A DNA stretch of 64,000 nt, taken from NCBI GenBank assembly GCA_035221665.1, contig JAVHYY010000292.1, positions 248,001 to 312,000 of the forward strand. Reading direction: 5' to 3'. The notes under the pieces were generated by a model. The model was not told where the DNA came from. It made no database searches and saw only the letters and a list, made by a program, of their open reading frames with translations. The position numbers were made by a program, and so were the translations under genes. Positions 49,753 to 62,778 of this stretch are shown in pieces; position 1 is the stretch's first letter; each line of letters begins with the position of its first letter. This DNA comes from Okamejei kenojei (taxonomy: Eukaryota).

Positions 49753-50300
49753 GTACCTTCCAACGCGAGTCCTGAAGTGATGAAAAAGGTTCTGCGTTAC
49801 ATGGGACAGCACATACCTCTCACCTTTCCAGTAACATGAACAAGCAGATCTCCACTGCATTGTCTTCACTCACTGTGTAATCACACACGCACATATTGAT
49901 TTGCTTTGAGATCACTGCATTTGATGTTTGTCCGAGAGCTTGCATGAAAACATCTTTATTCTGCTAATGCGCACGTGTAGGGAACTGACTGGATAGATAT
50001 TCCCATGGAAGAGAGATCACAGTGACATTCTTTGAATGATAAACGATTTATCGGAATTTGTCTTTTTGAGCCTTTTCCAATATTCTGCATAGATTATTAA
50101 GAGAGCGCGGGAGATCAAATTAATGCACGCTCATTTTACCATGCCTTACACTGTTCTGGTTATGGTCAATAATATTTTTTCATTCTCATCGTGTTTAATC
50201 GAAAGATCGAAAAACTTAATAAATACTTTGGATGATGTTTGATATTAATGTGTTCTTATTTTGTCAAGAAACGAGTGTCTCTGAGACACTGAAACAACAC
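49753..50300 (+). other. Diverged duplicate of the SRCR gene terminal exon/3' UTR with acceptor and polyA signal
   Basis: attcctcag| acceptor; shared blocks with 27745-28300 (acaagcagatct, taataaatactt, gatattaatgtgttc.tattttgtc); AATAAA at 50218-50223. Confidence 0.8.
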
Positions 50301-50329
50301 CCATTTTTTTTTTTGTAATCTTAAAATGA

Positions 50330-51005
50330 GAAGAGGACATCTCAGATGTCCTGGAGTGGAATCATTATCTTTGGAGCAATTGGTGAAGAGGCGGAGAGAC
50401 TCGGAGTAAGAGATGGAGACCTTGCAAGAGGCGTGGGTGTAGGTGTAGTAAAGGTAGCTGTGAGAATCAATGGGTTTGTACTACATGTTGGTGGATATTC
50501 TATTCTATCACCTGTGATCGATCCAGAGATCTCAAGAGACGGGAGAGAGTTATTATAGATAGACCAAATGAAGTTTAGGGCTGGGTCAAACTTATTAGTG
50601 AAATTGACGCAATCAATCAGTCCCTGTGTGCAGGAGGCAGCCCAGTCACAGCCATCGATGCAGTAGAGACATGTTTGGGGATGCTATTGGTTACGTGTAG
50701 AGCAAAGAGCATTCGCTGTAATCAACGAAAAGACAGGCATAAATGGGCCGATGCGAGTATCCGCTGCTACACTTTTGACACGGGGGGGAAAAGAAAAGAA
50801 ACCAAAAGAAAGTTTGTTGGGTGAGACCTATCCATCAGGTGGAGCAGAGGAAAAAGGCAAAAACTCTGCGGATCAGGCAGAATCCCCATAGAACATGGAT
50901 AGGCGAGGTTTCAGATTGGGATCCTTCTTCAGACTGGTAGTAGTGGGTGGGTTGCGGAGCTATAGGGAGGAGGGACAGGGCAACGTCTGGCAGGTAATAG
51001 GTGCT
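50330..51005 (-). mobile_element. Degraded Penelope RT fragment and reversed pLTR
   Basis: Antisense YIDG/YACLFV-type remnants; reversed hammerhead-like motif at ~50905-50932. Confidence 0.6.
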
Positions 51006-52629
51006 TTACACCTTTTTATTTTAAACTGCCGGCAGGACATCAACCGCCTCAACTTCACAACTTTCTCACTCTAACCTCTTCCCCCCCCCGACGTACAGCC
51101 CTCCACTCACTCTGCAACAACCCAGACTGGGTGATCAAAACTGCCAACAAGGGAGTTACTGTGGTAGTCTGGCGCACTGATCTCTACAAGGCTGAGGCCA
51201 CTCGCCAACTATCACTGACTTCATCACTTCTGGCTTCCTGCCTTCCCAAGCCTCCAACCTCATCGTTCCCCAGCCCCGCACGGCCCAATTTTATGTTCTC
51301 CCCAAAATCCACAAACCTGACTGTCCTGGCAGACCCATTGTTTCTGCCTGTTCGTGCCCCACTGAACATACCTCGACTCCATCCTATCCCCCTTGGTTAA
51401 ATCCCCCCCCCAGGTATGTTCAATGCACCCTCACATGTTCTTCGTCTCCTCCATGACTACCGTTTTCTAGGCCCCCATTCCCTCATCTTCACCGTGGATG
51501 TACGGTCACACTTACACCTCCATCCCCCACCAGGAGGGTCTTAAAGCCCTTCGTTTCTTCCTCGACCACAGAACCAACAAATCCCCCTCTACTGATACAC
51601 TCCTCCGCCTTGCGGAGCTGGTCCTTACCCGTAACAACTTTTCATTTGAGTCCTCCCATTTCCTCCAAATCCAAGGCGTAGCTATGGGCTCGTGCATGGG
51701 CCCAAGCTATGCCTGCTTCTTTGTAGGGTACATCGAACAATCCTTGTTTGAGGCGTACCGTGGCCTGAACTCAACTCTACATCTGCTACATTGACGACTG
51801 CATTGGTGCTACCTCCTGCACCCATACAGAACTCACTGACTTCATCCAATTCACCACTAACTTCCATCCAGCACCCAAATACACCTGGACCATTTCTGAC
51901 AGTTTCTTGTCCTCGCTATCTCCATTGCAGGTGACAGAATACTGAACAACATCTATTATAAACCCACTGACTCCCATGGCTATCTGGACTACACTTATTC
52001 CCACCCTGCTTCCAGCAAGGACTCCATCCCCTACTTCAAATTTCTCCGTCTACGCCACATGTGCACTAACTATGAAGTATTCCAATCCAGGCATCGGAGA
52101 TGTTCTCATTCTTTAGGGTCCAGGGGATCCCCTCTTCTACTATAGATGAGGCTCTCACCAGGGTCTCTTCTATACCCGTAACTCTGCTCTCACTCCCCTC
52201 CTCCCACACATAATGAGGGAAGAGACCCCCTTGTCCTCACCTTCTGACCCTACTAGCCGTCACACACAACAAATAATCCCACAACATTTTTGCCACATCC
52301 AAGGGGATCCCACCACTGGCCACAACTTCCCATCTCCTACCCTTTCGGCTCTCTGCAGTGACCGCTCCCTCCGTAACTCCCTGGTCAATTTGTCCCTTCC
52401 CACCCAAACCATCCCCTCTCCTGGCACTTTCCCTTGCAACCGCATGAAATGCTAAATTTGGCGTTTTACCTCCCCCCTTGATTCCATCCAAGGACCCAAG
52501 CAGTCTCTCCAGGTGTGGCAGAGTTTCATCTGCTCCTCATCCAACCACATATATTGCATCCGCTGCTCTAGGTGTCAGCTGCTCCACATCGGTGAGACCA
52601 AGCAGAGGCTTGGCGATCGTTTTGCCCAA

Positions 52630-53855
52630 GACCACAGACAGTACCTCCTCCCAGAACTTCCTGTCCTTGATCACGGAGGTCTTGGAGGACAGCAAATGGG
52701 AGAGTCTGGACCAACCACTGACCCTAGAGGAGCTGACTGGCTCCATCCGTTCCTTTGACTCGAATAAAACTCCCGGAAGCGATGGCTTACCGGCAGAGTT
52801 GTATTTGGCTCTGTGGGACTGGATGGGCCCGGACCTGCTAGAAGTGTACAATGACATGCTTCTAGCTGGTAGCATGTCAGACTCCATGAGGAAGGGCAAC
52901 ATCACCCTAATCTACAAGCAGAAGGGGGAGATGAAGGACATAAAGAATTGGAGACCCATAACACTCTTGAATGTAGACTACAAGATCCTGTCTAAGGCCA
53001 TCGCCAACCGGGTCAAGTCTGCTCTGGGACATGTGATCCACCCGGACCAAACCTGTGCTGTACCTGGCAGGAAAATCACAGACAGCCTAGCGCTGCTGAG
53101 AGATACCATCGCCTACGTGCAGGACAGACGGGTGGATGCCTGCCTAGTCAGCTTGGACCAGGAGAAGGCCTTCGACAGGATTTCGCACACTTACATGAGG
53201 GACGTGCTCTCCAAAATGGGTTTTGGGGAGGGAATCAGGAATTGGATCAAACTGCTCTACACCAACATCCGTAGTGCAGTCCAAATCAATGGGTGGGAAT
53301 CAGACAGTTTCCCTGTAAGGTCTGGAGTTAGGCAGGGTTGCCCTCTCTCTCCTGTCTTGTTTGTCTGCTGTATTGAACCTTTTGCCGAATCCATCAGGAA
53401 GGATGCGAGCATAAGAGGAGTGACATTGCCAGGCAGTGGGGGCATTCAAGTAAAGACCTCCCTGTACATGGACGACGTCGCTGTCTTCTGCTCGGATCCA
53501 GGGTCGGTCCGCAGACTGATTAGTATCTGCGACCAGTTTGAGTCGGCCACGGGAGCCAGGGTGAACCGCAGGAAGAGCGAGGCCATGCTCTTTGGCAACT
53601 GGCCCAACAGATCTTCCGTCCCCTTCACCATCAAGCCTGACTTCTTGAAGGTGCTGGGGATCTGGTTCGGGGGGGCTGAGGCATGTAACAGAAATTGGCT
53701 GGAGCGGATAGCCAGGGTGGGGAGTAAGCTGGAGCTGTGGAGGCAACGCTCCCTCTCCATACGGGAAAGAATTTGGTCATCAGGTGTGAGGTGCTCTCGG
53801 GGCTGCTGTACTTGGCACAAGTGTGGCCTGTCCCTCCCTCCTACGCCACGGGGAT
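52630..53855 (+). mobile_element. Internal fragment of a Tx1-like (L1 clade) LINE reverse transcriptase
   Basis: PLTLEEL..NKTPGSDGLPAE..KNWRPITLLNVDYKI..LDQEKAFDR..GVRQGCPLSP..YMDD; open for ~375 codons with one frameshift near 53765. Confidence 0.92.
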
Positions 53856-54171
53856 CAACACCTCTGCTCTGTTTGCAATAACAAACCGGATCTCCCGGTG
53901 GCTCAGCACTTCAACTCCCCCTCCCATTCCGAATCCGTCCTTTCTGTCCTGGTCCTCCTCCATGGCCAGAGTGAGTCCCACCGTAAATTGGCTGAGCAGC
54001 ACCTCATTTTTCGCTTGGGTACTCTACACCCCAGCGGTATGAACATTAACTTCTCCAATTTTAGGTAATCCCTGCTTTCTCCTTCTTTCCCCTCCCCTCC
54101 CCAGCTCTCCCACAGCCCACTGTCTCCGCCTCTTCCTTTCTTCTAACCGCCCCTCCCACTCCCACATCAGT

Positions 54172-54199
54172 CTGAAGAAGGGTCTCGACCCGAAACGTC
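54172..54199 (+). ncRNA. Minimal hammerhead ribozyme motif in Penelope pLTR
   Basis: Identical 28-mer to 35710-35737, although the upstream pLTR sequence differs. Confidence 0.75.
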
Positions 54200-55104
54200 G
54201 CCTATTTCGTTCCTCCATAGATGCCGCCTCACCCGCTGAGTTTCCCCAGCATTTTTGTCTACCTTCGATTTTCCAGCATCTGCAGTTCCTTCTTAAACAT
54301 AACACATAACAATATCTCATTCGCAGTCTGTCAGTTACATCTCTTCGGTGTCCACAAGGGCCAGTAAATCGCCGTTGTTATTTCCTCTTTTGCAAACAGT
54401 CCGCGCCACTCACGTTTCCCTGTCTGAAACAGAAAGCATCCACTGCCATACACCCGCAAACACCAACATAACCCCTGGCAATTCCACTTCAAATTTACAC
54501 ATTCCATAACCCTGTGTTGATAACTCTCAACTCTCTCTGGATTCCCACTTCCGAGTCAACTGTTGAAACACCTTTGATCTTCCTCGGATTACGGACCAAC
54601 ATTCTGGTCAGCACCCAACCCTCGTGCGGGGATACAAACTATACTCGTTTTTGCGGACACTCCCATGGCGTTCGTAACGATATCCCGGTAAAAGTATAAA
54701 GGTTTCAAAGGTCTTTTATTGTCACATGTACCAATTAAGGTACAGCGATATGCGAATTACCATACAGCCATACGAAAAAACGAGCAACAAGACGCGCAAC
54801 TATATAAACGTTAACATAAGCATCCACCACACCGGATTCCCCACATTTCTCACTGCGATGGAAGGCAAAAAAACTTCAATCTACTTCCCCTTTAATGATG
54901 GGATTCATCGTATTCACAACCATTTGATATTTTTCCGCGTAAACCCCTTTCAGGCACCGCATTAGTGAATTGTAATCCGCCGCCCCCCCCCCCCCCCCCC
55001 CCCACCTCAAATGCCGGAGCCTTCCAGATCCTCGCCACTGGCGAGTTGCAAACAGCCCCTGACAGAAAGCTTCAGATGCTGGGAATGTAAAATGTACAGT
55101 CATT

Positions 55105-55330
55105 TTGTATTCACTTTCGCATCCTACACACCAGGGGCAATTCGCGGAAAATATAAACCCACAAACCTGCAAGTCTTTAAAGTGTGAGAGGAAATGCCGC
55201 GCACCCGGAGAAATCCCACGCGGCCACCGGGAGAACGTACAGACTCCGCACAGACAGCACCCGGAGACAGGATACAACCTGACGTTGTGAGGCAGCAGCG
55301 CTGCAGCTGCTCCTCTGGACAGCCCCGTGG
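55105..55330 (-). mobile_element. Partial V-SINE
   Basis: gggagaacgtacagactccgcacagacagcacc is the reversed V-domain. Confidence 0.75.
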
Positions 55331-56123
55331 CAGGAGTAAACGAGTTGATTTTTCAGGTGGTAGACCATTGTCAGAAGTTTGAAGGAGTGAAAAGAATCTC
55401 GTTAGGCTGCAGTGTGGACAGGAAGTAAAGGTTTCCTCGTTTCACTTTAGTTTCCTTTGTCATTCGTTTTATTTCATGTCTTTCCGGATTGTATTTAACT
55501 TTTTTCCGATGACTTGATGATTTTGTTTATCCACATGCCCTTGAGGTTTCCTGAATGTTACGTTGGCCTTCAGACCCTGACATCCCGTTTACATTCGAGC
55601 AGCTTCCTCTTCAACCGTTCTATGTGAATAAAATGTTGTGCTTGCAATCACTCTAGTAAATCTACTTGATGGTGTCTAAGCCATTCACACCTCTCCTGAA
55701 CTGTGGCCGAACAATAATAAACAGACAATAGGGAACAGGTGCAGGAGTAGGCCATTCGCCCTTCAAGCCAGCACCGCCATTCACTGTGATCATCCACAAT
55801 CAGTACCCCTTTCCTGTCTTCTCCCCATATCCCTTGACTCCGCTACATTTAAGAGCTCTATAACTCTCTCTTGAAAGCATCCAGCGAATTGTATAATTCT
55901 ACAACTGTAGAAGGACCTCTTTGCTCCTATACCTAACTCATCTTGTTATGAAGGCCAACATGACATTAGCTTTCTTCACTGCCTGCTGTATCTGCATGCT
56001 CCCTTTCAGTGACTGCTGAACAAGGACACCCAGATCTCGTTATACCTCCCCTTTTCCTAACTTGACACCATTCAGATAATAATCGGCCTTCCTGTTCTTG
56101 CCACCAAAGTGGATAACTTCATA

Positions 56124-56185
56124 GTTTTAAAGAAGGAACTGCAGATGCTGGAGAATCGAGGGTACACAAAAGTTTTTGTGTACCC
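56124..56185 (-). mobile_element. 62-bp minimal Penelope insertion (tail + 26-nt palindrome) with a 14-bp TSD
   Basis: TSD tggataacttcata at 56110-56123 and 56186-56199; palindrome gggtacacaaaa-gt-ttttgtgtaccc. Confidence 0.9.
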
Positions 56186-56646
56186 TGGATAACTTCATAT
56201 ATATCCACATTAAACTGCATCTGCCATGCCTCTGCCTACTCACCTAACCTGTCCAAGTCACCCTGCATCCTCAGAGCATCCTCCTCGCAGTTCACACTGC
56301 CACCCAGGTTTGTGCCATCTGCAAATTTGTTAATGTTACTATTAATCCCTTCATCTAAATCATTAATGCTTATTGTAAATAGCTGTGGTCCCAGCACAGA
56401 GTCTTGCGGTACCACACTACTCACTGCCTGCCATTCTGAACGGGACCCGTTAATCCCTAGTCTTTGTTTCCTATCTGCCAACCAATTTTCTAACCGTGTC
56501 AGTACCCTACCCCCAATACCATGTGCTCTAATTTTGCCCGCTAATCTCCTATGTGGGCTTTCTGAATGTCCAGGCACACTACATCCAATGGCTCTCCCTT
56601 GTTCATTTTCCTACTTATATCCTCAAATAATTCCAGAAGATTATTC

Positions 56647-56717
<71 letters not shown>

Positions 56718-57033
56718 GCCTTTATTGTCATTGTACTTAGAAATACAACGACATTAGGAGAGCTACTCCTGATCAAGTCCAAACAAGACAAAATCACATC
56801 CAATACATTCAATACGTTATTTAACTGCTTAAAATAGTAGATACATTATAATTATCACACCTAGGTAGAACATTGCACTGGGAGAATATTACTCTTTAAA
56901 ATTTAATAAATACTTAAAATATTTTTTTTTAAAGAGAAAATATTACCTGAGTGGTCTGTTTTATAGTGGAATGGATGATCTCATGTCGGGTGGATATTTG
57001 AGGAGTTTAGAGTTCCAATGGCCCAGGGAAATA
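56647..57033 (-). mobile_element. 3' end of another LINE with a (TTA)n tail; (AAT)~23 microsatellite at 56647-56717
   Basis: The minus strand reads ...tgacaataaaggc(tta)n; it interrupts the CR1. Confidence 0.65.
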
Positions 57034-58740
57034 AATGATTTCCCCGTTGTAAATCCACGCTGACTCGGACCGACCCTGTTACTGCTATCCAAATGTGCCG
57101 CTATTTCATCTTTTATAATTGATTCCGACATCTTCCCCACCACAGATATCAGGCCAACTGGTCTATAATCTCCTGTTTTTTTTTCTCTCCCTCCTTTGTT
57201 AAAAAGTGGGATAACATTGGCTACACTCCAATCCACAGGAACTGATCCTGAATCTATAGAACATTGGGAAATGATCACCAATGCGTCCACGATTTCTAGA
57301 GGCACTGCCTTAAGTACCCTGGGATGCACACCACCGGGCCCTGGGGATTTATCAGCCTTCAGTCCCACCAGTCTACCAACTAGCATTTCCTGCCTAATGT
57401 GAATCTCCTTCAGTTCCTCCGTCACCCTAGGTCCTTTGGCCACTTGTACATCTGGGAGATTGTTTGTGTCTTCCTAAGTGAAGACAGATCCAAAGTACCT
57501 GTTCAACTCGTTTATAATTTTCTTGTTCGCCATAATAAATTCACCTGTTTCTGTCCTCAACGGACCCACATTTGCCTTATCTATTTTTTTCCTTTTCACA
57601 TACCTAAAGAACCTTTTACTATCCTCCATTATATTCTTGGCTAGCTTCCCTTCGTGCTTCAACTTTTCTCCTCGTATTGCCTTTTTAATTATCTTCTGTT
57701 GTCTTTAAAAGTTTCCCAATCCTCTGGCTACCCGCTCATCTTTGCTATGTTATGTTTTTTATCTTTTATTTTTACACTGTCCTTGACTTCCCTTGTCAGC
57801 CACGGTCGCCTCTTACTCCACTTAATCTTTCTTCCTCTTTGGAATGAACTGATCCTGCACCTTCTATATTGTCCCAGAAATATCTGCCATTGTTATTCCA
57901 CTGTCATTCCTGCTAGGGTCTCTTTCCTGTCAACATTGAGCAGTTCCTCTCTCATGCCTCTCTCATGCCTCCCTCTGCTCAACTGTAATACTGACACTTC
58001 CGATGTTCCCTTCTCCCTCTCAAATTGTAGATTAAAACTTATCATATTTTGGCAACTACCACCTAATGGCTCCTTATCCTGGAGTTCCCTTATCAAATCC
58101 GGTCCATTACACAACACTAAATCCAGAATTACCTTCACCCTTGTAGGCTCCAGTACAAGCTGCTCTAAGAATCCATCTCGGAGGTATTCCATAAACTCCA
58201 TTTCTTGGGGTCTAGTACCAACCCGATTTTCCCAGTCTACCTGCTTGTTCAAATCTCCCATAATCGCCATAGCATTACCTTTGCCACATGCCAATTTTAA
58301 CTCTTAATTCAACTTGCACCCTGTATCCAGCCTACAGTTTGGGGGACAGTAGATAACTCCCATTGGGGTATTTTTACCCTTACAATTCCTCTGTTATATC
58401 CATACTGACCACATCTCCTGATTCTATATCACCCCTTGCAAAGGACTGAACCTCATTCCTCACTAACAGAGCTACCCCACCACCAATTTTATTACAGGTG
58501 TCAGTTATAGCATGAACCGGCTGCACATTTATATCTTGGCAGCAGTGTTTGGATGTTTGTGACTCGCTGTCAGAGTGGGATAAAGGAGTAACTGCTATCC
58601 AATTTGTTGTTGTACACCCAACAACCATTGTGCGCTGGCGCTGGAGGGAAAGGGTGTTGAGGGCGGTGATGTGATGCCGATCTATCGGGTGCTGTCTCCT
58701 GGATTGTTCGAGCCGTTGGAATGTTATTGCAGCTGCACTC

Positions 58741-58955
58741 ATCCGCCCACCAGCGATCCCGCTTACTAAACACTATCTTACACCACTAGGGACAATTTAC
58801 AATTTTACCAAGCTAATTAACCTACGAATTTTGCGTATTTGGTGTGTGGGAGGAAACCGGAGCTCCCGGAGAAAACCCTCGCAGGTCATGGGGACAGCGT
58901 ACAAACTCGGGGAGGATCGATCACGGGGCTTTTGACATGTACCGCTGCGCCACTC
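58741..58955 (-). mobile_element. V-SINE, degraded
   Basis: gtgggaggaaaccggagctcccggagaaaaccc is the reversed V-domain. Confidence 0.75.
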
Positions 58956-59395
58956 TTGTTGAGGTTAATGTGAAAAACCTCATAGCACCAGTACCTTAGA
59001 ATAAAAGGACGTACATTTATGATGAACATGAGGAGCATTGTGTTTAGTCAGCCGGATGGTGAATCTGCGGAATTCATTGTGGAGGTCACATTGAGGAGTT
59101 TGACCGATTCTTGATTTGTAATAGTGTCAAAGGTTGTGGGGAGAAGGTGGGAGATTACGGTTGAGAGGGAATGATAGATATTCCACGGTTGGATGGCAGG
59201 TAGACTCGGTGGGCCGAATGGCGTATTTCTACTCCAATTACTTAGGAACCATTAAAATACCAAAGGAAGAAAGCCGTGAGGAGGGGAGAGAAATAGAGGG
59301 ACCTGGCACTTTGTAAGTGCCCTTCATGGGCCACTATTTGCATACATTGGGTATGCAAGAATTTCACTGTGACTTCTCACATGTGACAATGAAGT

Positions 59396-59443
59396 ATTCA
59401 TTCATTCATTCATTCATTCATTCATTCATTCATTCATTCATTC
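59396..59443 (+). repeat. (ATTC)n microsatellite, probably a LINE 3' tail
   Basis: Direct reading; preceded by tgtgacaatgaagt. Confidence 0.8.
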
Positions 59444-60226
59444 ACTGTCAAATATGCATTTTCGAAAACCGTTCTCAGCGAACTAAGTATTGAACAATTA
59501 TATTTTCAATAATTATATAACCATAAATCTAGATGTGGTCTTACCAGGGCAATTTATAATTGGAGTACATCATTTTGTCCAGGTTATTCAAATTTCCCTG
59601 CAGGGCGACAAGGCATATTGTCATTTAATTTATCTTTATTATTTGTCCTAGACGATATTATTGATGGTTCATTCAGTGATGATGTATGAGCGGGGCTGAG
59701 AAATTAAAAGGGAATGATCACCATGTGGGGACGTAGTTTTGCCCCCAAATAGTCAACGGGAATTGGAAGCGTTAATATGCCGGGAGATCGCAGGCAGCTG
59801 CTGAGTTGTCACAGTTCGGGGATATTTACTTTCCCAATATAGACTGGGACTGACATAGCCATAGATTCATGTCCTAGAGCACGGAAACAGGCCCTTCGGT
59901 CCAACTCATCCATGCCGATCATCGTGCTGAGGGATTAGATGGGATGGAATTTGTCAAATATGTTCAGGGAAGTTTCATTTGGCAAAATGCAGAGGGACCT
60001 ACAAGGCAGAGGGCAGTGCTTGACCTATTCTTGGGCAATTGGGAAGGGCACGGGATGTGTCAGTGGACGAGCCTTTTTTTGGACCAGGGGGGCGCAGTTC
60101 CCACACACACGAACAAACTATTCACGCAAACTTGATAATAAGTAACAGAAAAGCACTTATGATTTAATGATGTTATTGGCAACTTAGCAAAGGTTTTGTC
60201 AACGTGGTGAACATTATCCACTTTAA

Positions 60227-62778
60227 GGGTACACAAAAAGCTGGAGAAACTCAGCGGGTGCGCAGCATCTAAGGAGCGAAGGAGATAGGCGACGTTTCGG
60301 GTCGAGACCTTCTTCAGACTGGTCAGGGATCAGGGAAACGAGAGATTAGATGGTGATGTGGAGAGATAAGGAACAATGAGTGAAAGATATGCAAAAAAGT
60401 ATCGGTGATAAAGGGAACAAGCCATGTAAGCTGTTTGTGGTGTGAAAATGAGAAGCTGGTGCGACTTGGGTGGGGGGAGGGAGATAGAGATAGAGGGAAT
60501 GCCAGGGCCCGAGGGCTGAGGGAGAGGTGGGAAGGGGAGGAGACAGCAAGGGTTAACAGAATTGAGAAAATTCAATATTCAAGCCCAAAGGATGCAGACT
60601 CCCAAGCGGAATATGAGGTGCTGTTCCTCCAGCTTGCGGTGTTGGTCACTCTGGCCGTGGAGGAGGCCAGGACCGAGAGGTCGGATGTGGAATGGGAGGG
60701 GTTTTGAAGTGCTGAGCCACCGGGAGGTCGGGTTGGTTATTGCGGACCGAGCGGAGGTGTTCGGCGAGCGATCGCCAAGCCTCCGCTTGGTCTCACGATA
60801 TAGATCATCTGGCATCTGGAGCAACGGATGCAGTAGATGAGGTTGGAGGAGGTGCAGGTGAACCTCTGTCGGACCTGGAAGGACTGCTTGGGTCCCTGAA
60901 AGGAGTGGAGGGGGGAGGTGAAGGGACACGTGTTGCATTTCTTGCGGTTGCAAGGGAAAGTGCCCGGGGAAGGGGTAGAGTGGGAGGGGAGGGAAGAATG
61001 GACAAGGGAGTTGCGGAGGGAGCGGTCTTTGCGGAAGGCAGACAGGGGGGGAGATGGGAAGATGTGGCGGGTGGAGGGTCACGTTGGAGGTGGCGAAATT
61101 GGCGGAGGACTATATGTTGTATTTGCCGGCTGGTGGGGTGAAAGGTGAGGACCAGGGGGACTCTGCCCTGTTTGCGAGTGGGGGAATGGGGAGCGAGGGC
61201 AGTGTTGCGGGTATGGAGGAGACCCTGGTGCGAGCCTCATCAATAGTGGGGGAGGGGAATCCCCGTTCTCTGAAGAATGAGGCCATTTGTGATGACCTGG
61301 TGTGGAACACCTCATCCTGGGAGCAGATGCGGCGTAGACGGAGGAATTGGGAATAGGGGATGGAGTCCTTACAGGAAGCAGGGTGGGAGGAGGAGTAGTC
61401 CAGGTAGCTGTGGGAGTCAGTAGGTTTGTAGTGGATGTCGGTCAGGAGTGTATCACCTGCAATAGAGATGGTGAGGTCAAGGATGGTAGGGAAGTGTCGG
61501 AAATGGTCCAAGTGTATTTGAGTGCCGGATGGAAGTTGGTGGTGAAATGAATGAAGTCAGTCAGTTGTGTGTGGGTGCAGGAGGTGACACCAAAGCAGTC
61601 GTCGATGTAACGGAGGTAGAGGTCGGGGATGGGGCCCTGGTATGCCGAGAACAAGGATTGTTCGACATACCCAACAAAGAGGCAAGCGTAGCTGGGGCCC
61701 ATGCGTGTGCCCATAGCTACGCCTTGTGTTTGGAGGAAATGGGAGGAATCAAAAGAGAAGTTATTGAGGGTGAGGACCAACTCTGCTAGGCGGAGGAGGG
61801 TTGTCAGTGGACGGGTATGGGTTGCTCCTCTGGTCGAGGAAAAACCGGACGGCTTTGAGACCGTCCTGGTGGGGGATGGAGGTGTAGAGTGACTGGACGT
61901 CCATGGTAAAGATGAGAGGATGGGGGCCTGGGGAATGGAATGCACGGAGCCGACGGAGAGTGTCTGAAGTGTCTTGAACATAGGTAGGGAGGGATTTAAC
62001 AAAGGGGGATAGGATGGCGTCAAGGTATGTGGAAATGTGTTCGGTGGGGCACGAACAGGCAGAGACAATGGGTCTGCCAGGGCAGTCGGGTTTGTGGATT
62101 TTGGGGAGAAGGTAAAATCGGGCCGTGCGGGGCTGAGAAACGATGAGGTCGGAGGCTCGGGGGGGTAGGGAGCCGGAGCTGATGAAAGTCAGTTATGGTG
62201 CTCGAGATGGCGGCCTGGTGTTCGTCAGTGGGGTCATGGTCCAGGCGTAAGTAGGAGGAGGTGTCCGAGAGTTGGCGCGCGGCCTCCGCTTTGTAGAGAT
62301 CGACGCGCCAGACTACCACGGCACCTCCCTTGTCGGCGGGTTTGATAACCCAGTCTGGGTTGTTACGGAGTGAGTCGATGGCAGCACGTTCAGGGCTGGA
62401 GAGATTGGAGTGAGACAGGGGGGTGGAGAAGTCGAGGCGGTTGATGTCCCGACGGCAGTTCTGGATAAATAGTTCTACAGCCGGAAGACTACGAGGGGGG
62501 TTCCAAGTGGAGGCGGTACGTGGGAGACAGGAAAAGGGATCATCAGTGGGGGGCGAGGGCTTCTTCCCATGGAAGAACGCTGTGAGGCGGAGGCGACGGT
62601 AGAAGAGCTCCAAGTCGTGGTGGGCGCGGAACTCATTGAGGTGGGGACGGAGGGGGACAAAGGTGAGACCTCTGCTGAGGACAGACCGTTCGATGTCGGA
62701 GAGGGGGAGGTCCGGGGGGATGGTGAACACGCGGCAAGGATGGGGGTTGTGGCCGGAGGAAGGCAGGTGAGTGGACTG
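60227..62778 (-). mobile_element. Young 5'-truncated Neptune-type Penelope-like element with a 14-bp TSD
   Basis: TSD attatccactttaa at 60213-60226 and 62779-62792; IKPADKGGAVVVW, QTQGVAMGTRMGPSYA, YLRYIDDC, ETKRRLGDR; pLTR nearly identical to that of the 31433 element; hammerhead motif at 60291-60317. Confidence 0.94.

Larger units (their letters stand above)
51025..54300 (+). mobile_element. Penelope-like element (RT, Cys linker, GIY-YIG, pLTR, tail) interrupted by a Tx1 fragment
   Basis: VIKTANKG.TVVVW, QIQGVAMGSCMGPSYA, IYCIRCSRCQLLHIGETKQRLGDRFAQ|HL..DLPVAQHFNSP; pLTR and tail ending ~54298. Confidence 0.9.
55722..58480 (-). mobile_element. CR1 LINE (APE + RT, internally deleted) with nested insertions
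   Basis: Minus ORFs GGGVALLV, IMGDLN.QVDW, KSPGPGGVHPRVLK, YRPVGLISVVGK, FADGTNLGG. Confidence 0.92.

Noticed and set aside
28218-50223. Exactly 22,000-bp spacing between the two AATAAA signals
   Set aside because: Coincidence; the acceptors are 22,008 bp apart and the interval is full of independent insertions.
52478-53881. 467-aa RT ORF as a host gene or a functional Penelope-Tx1 fusion
   Set aside because: The N-terminus is an off-frame reading of Penelope sequence; the RT is a truncated, frameshifted Tx1 fragment.
56566-56757. Poly-Asn / poly-Ile ORFs
   Set aside because: Translation of the (AAT)n microsatellite tail.
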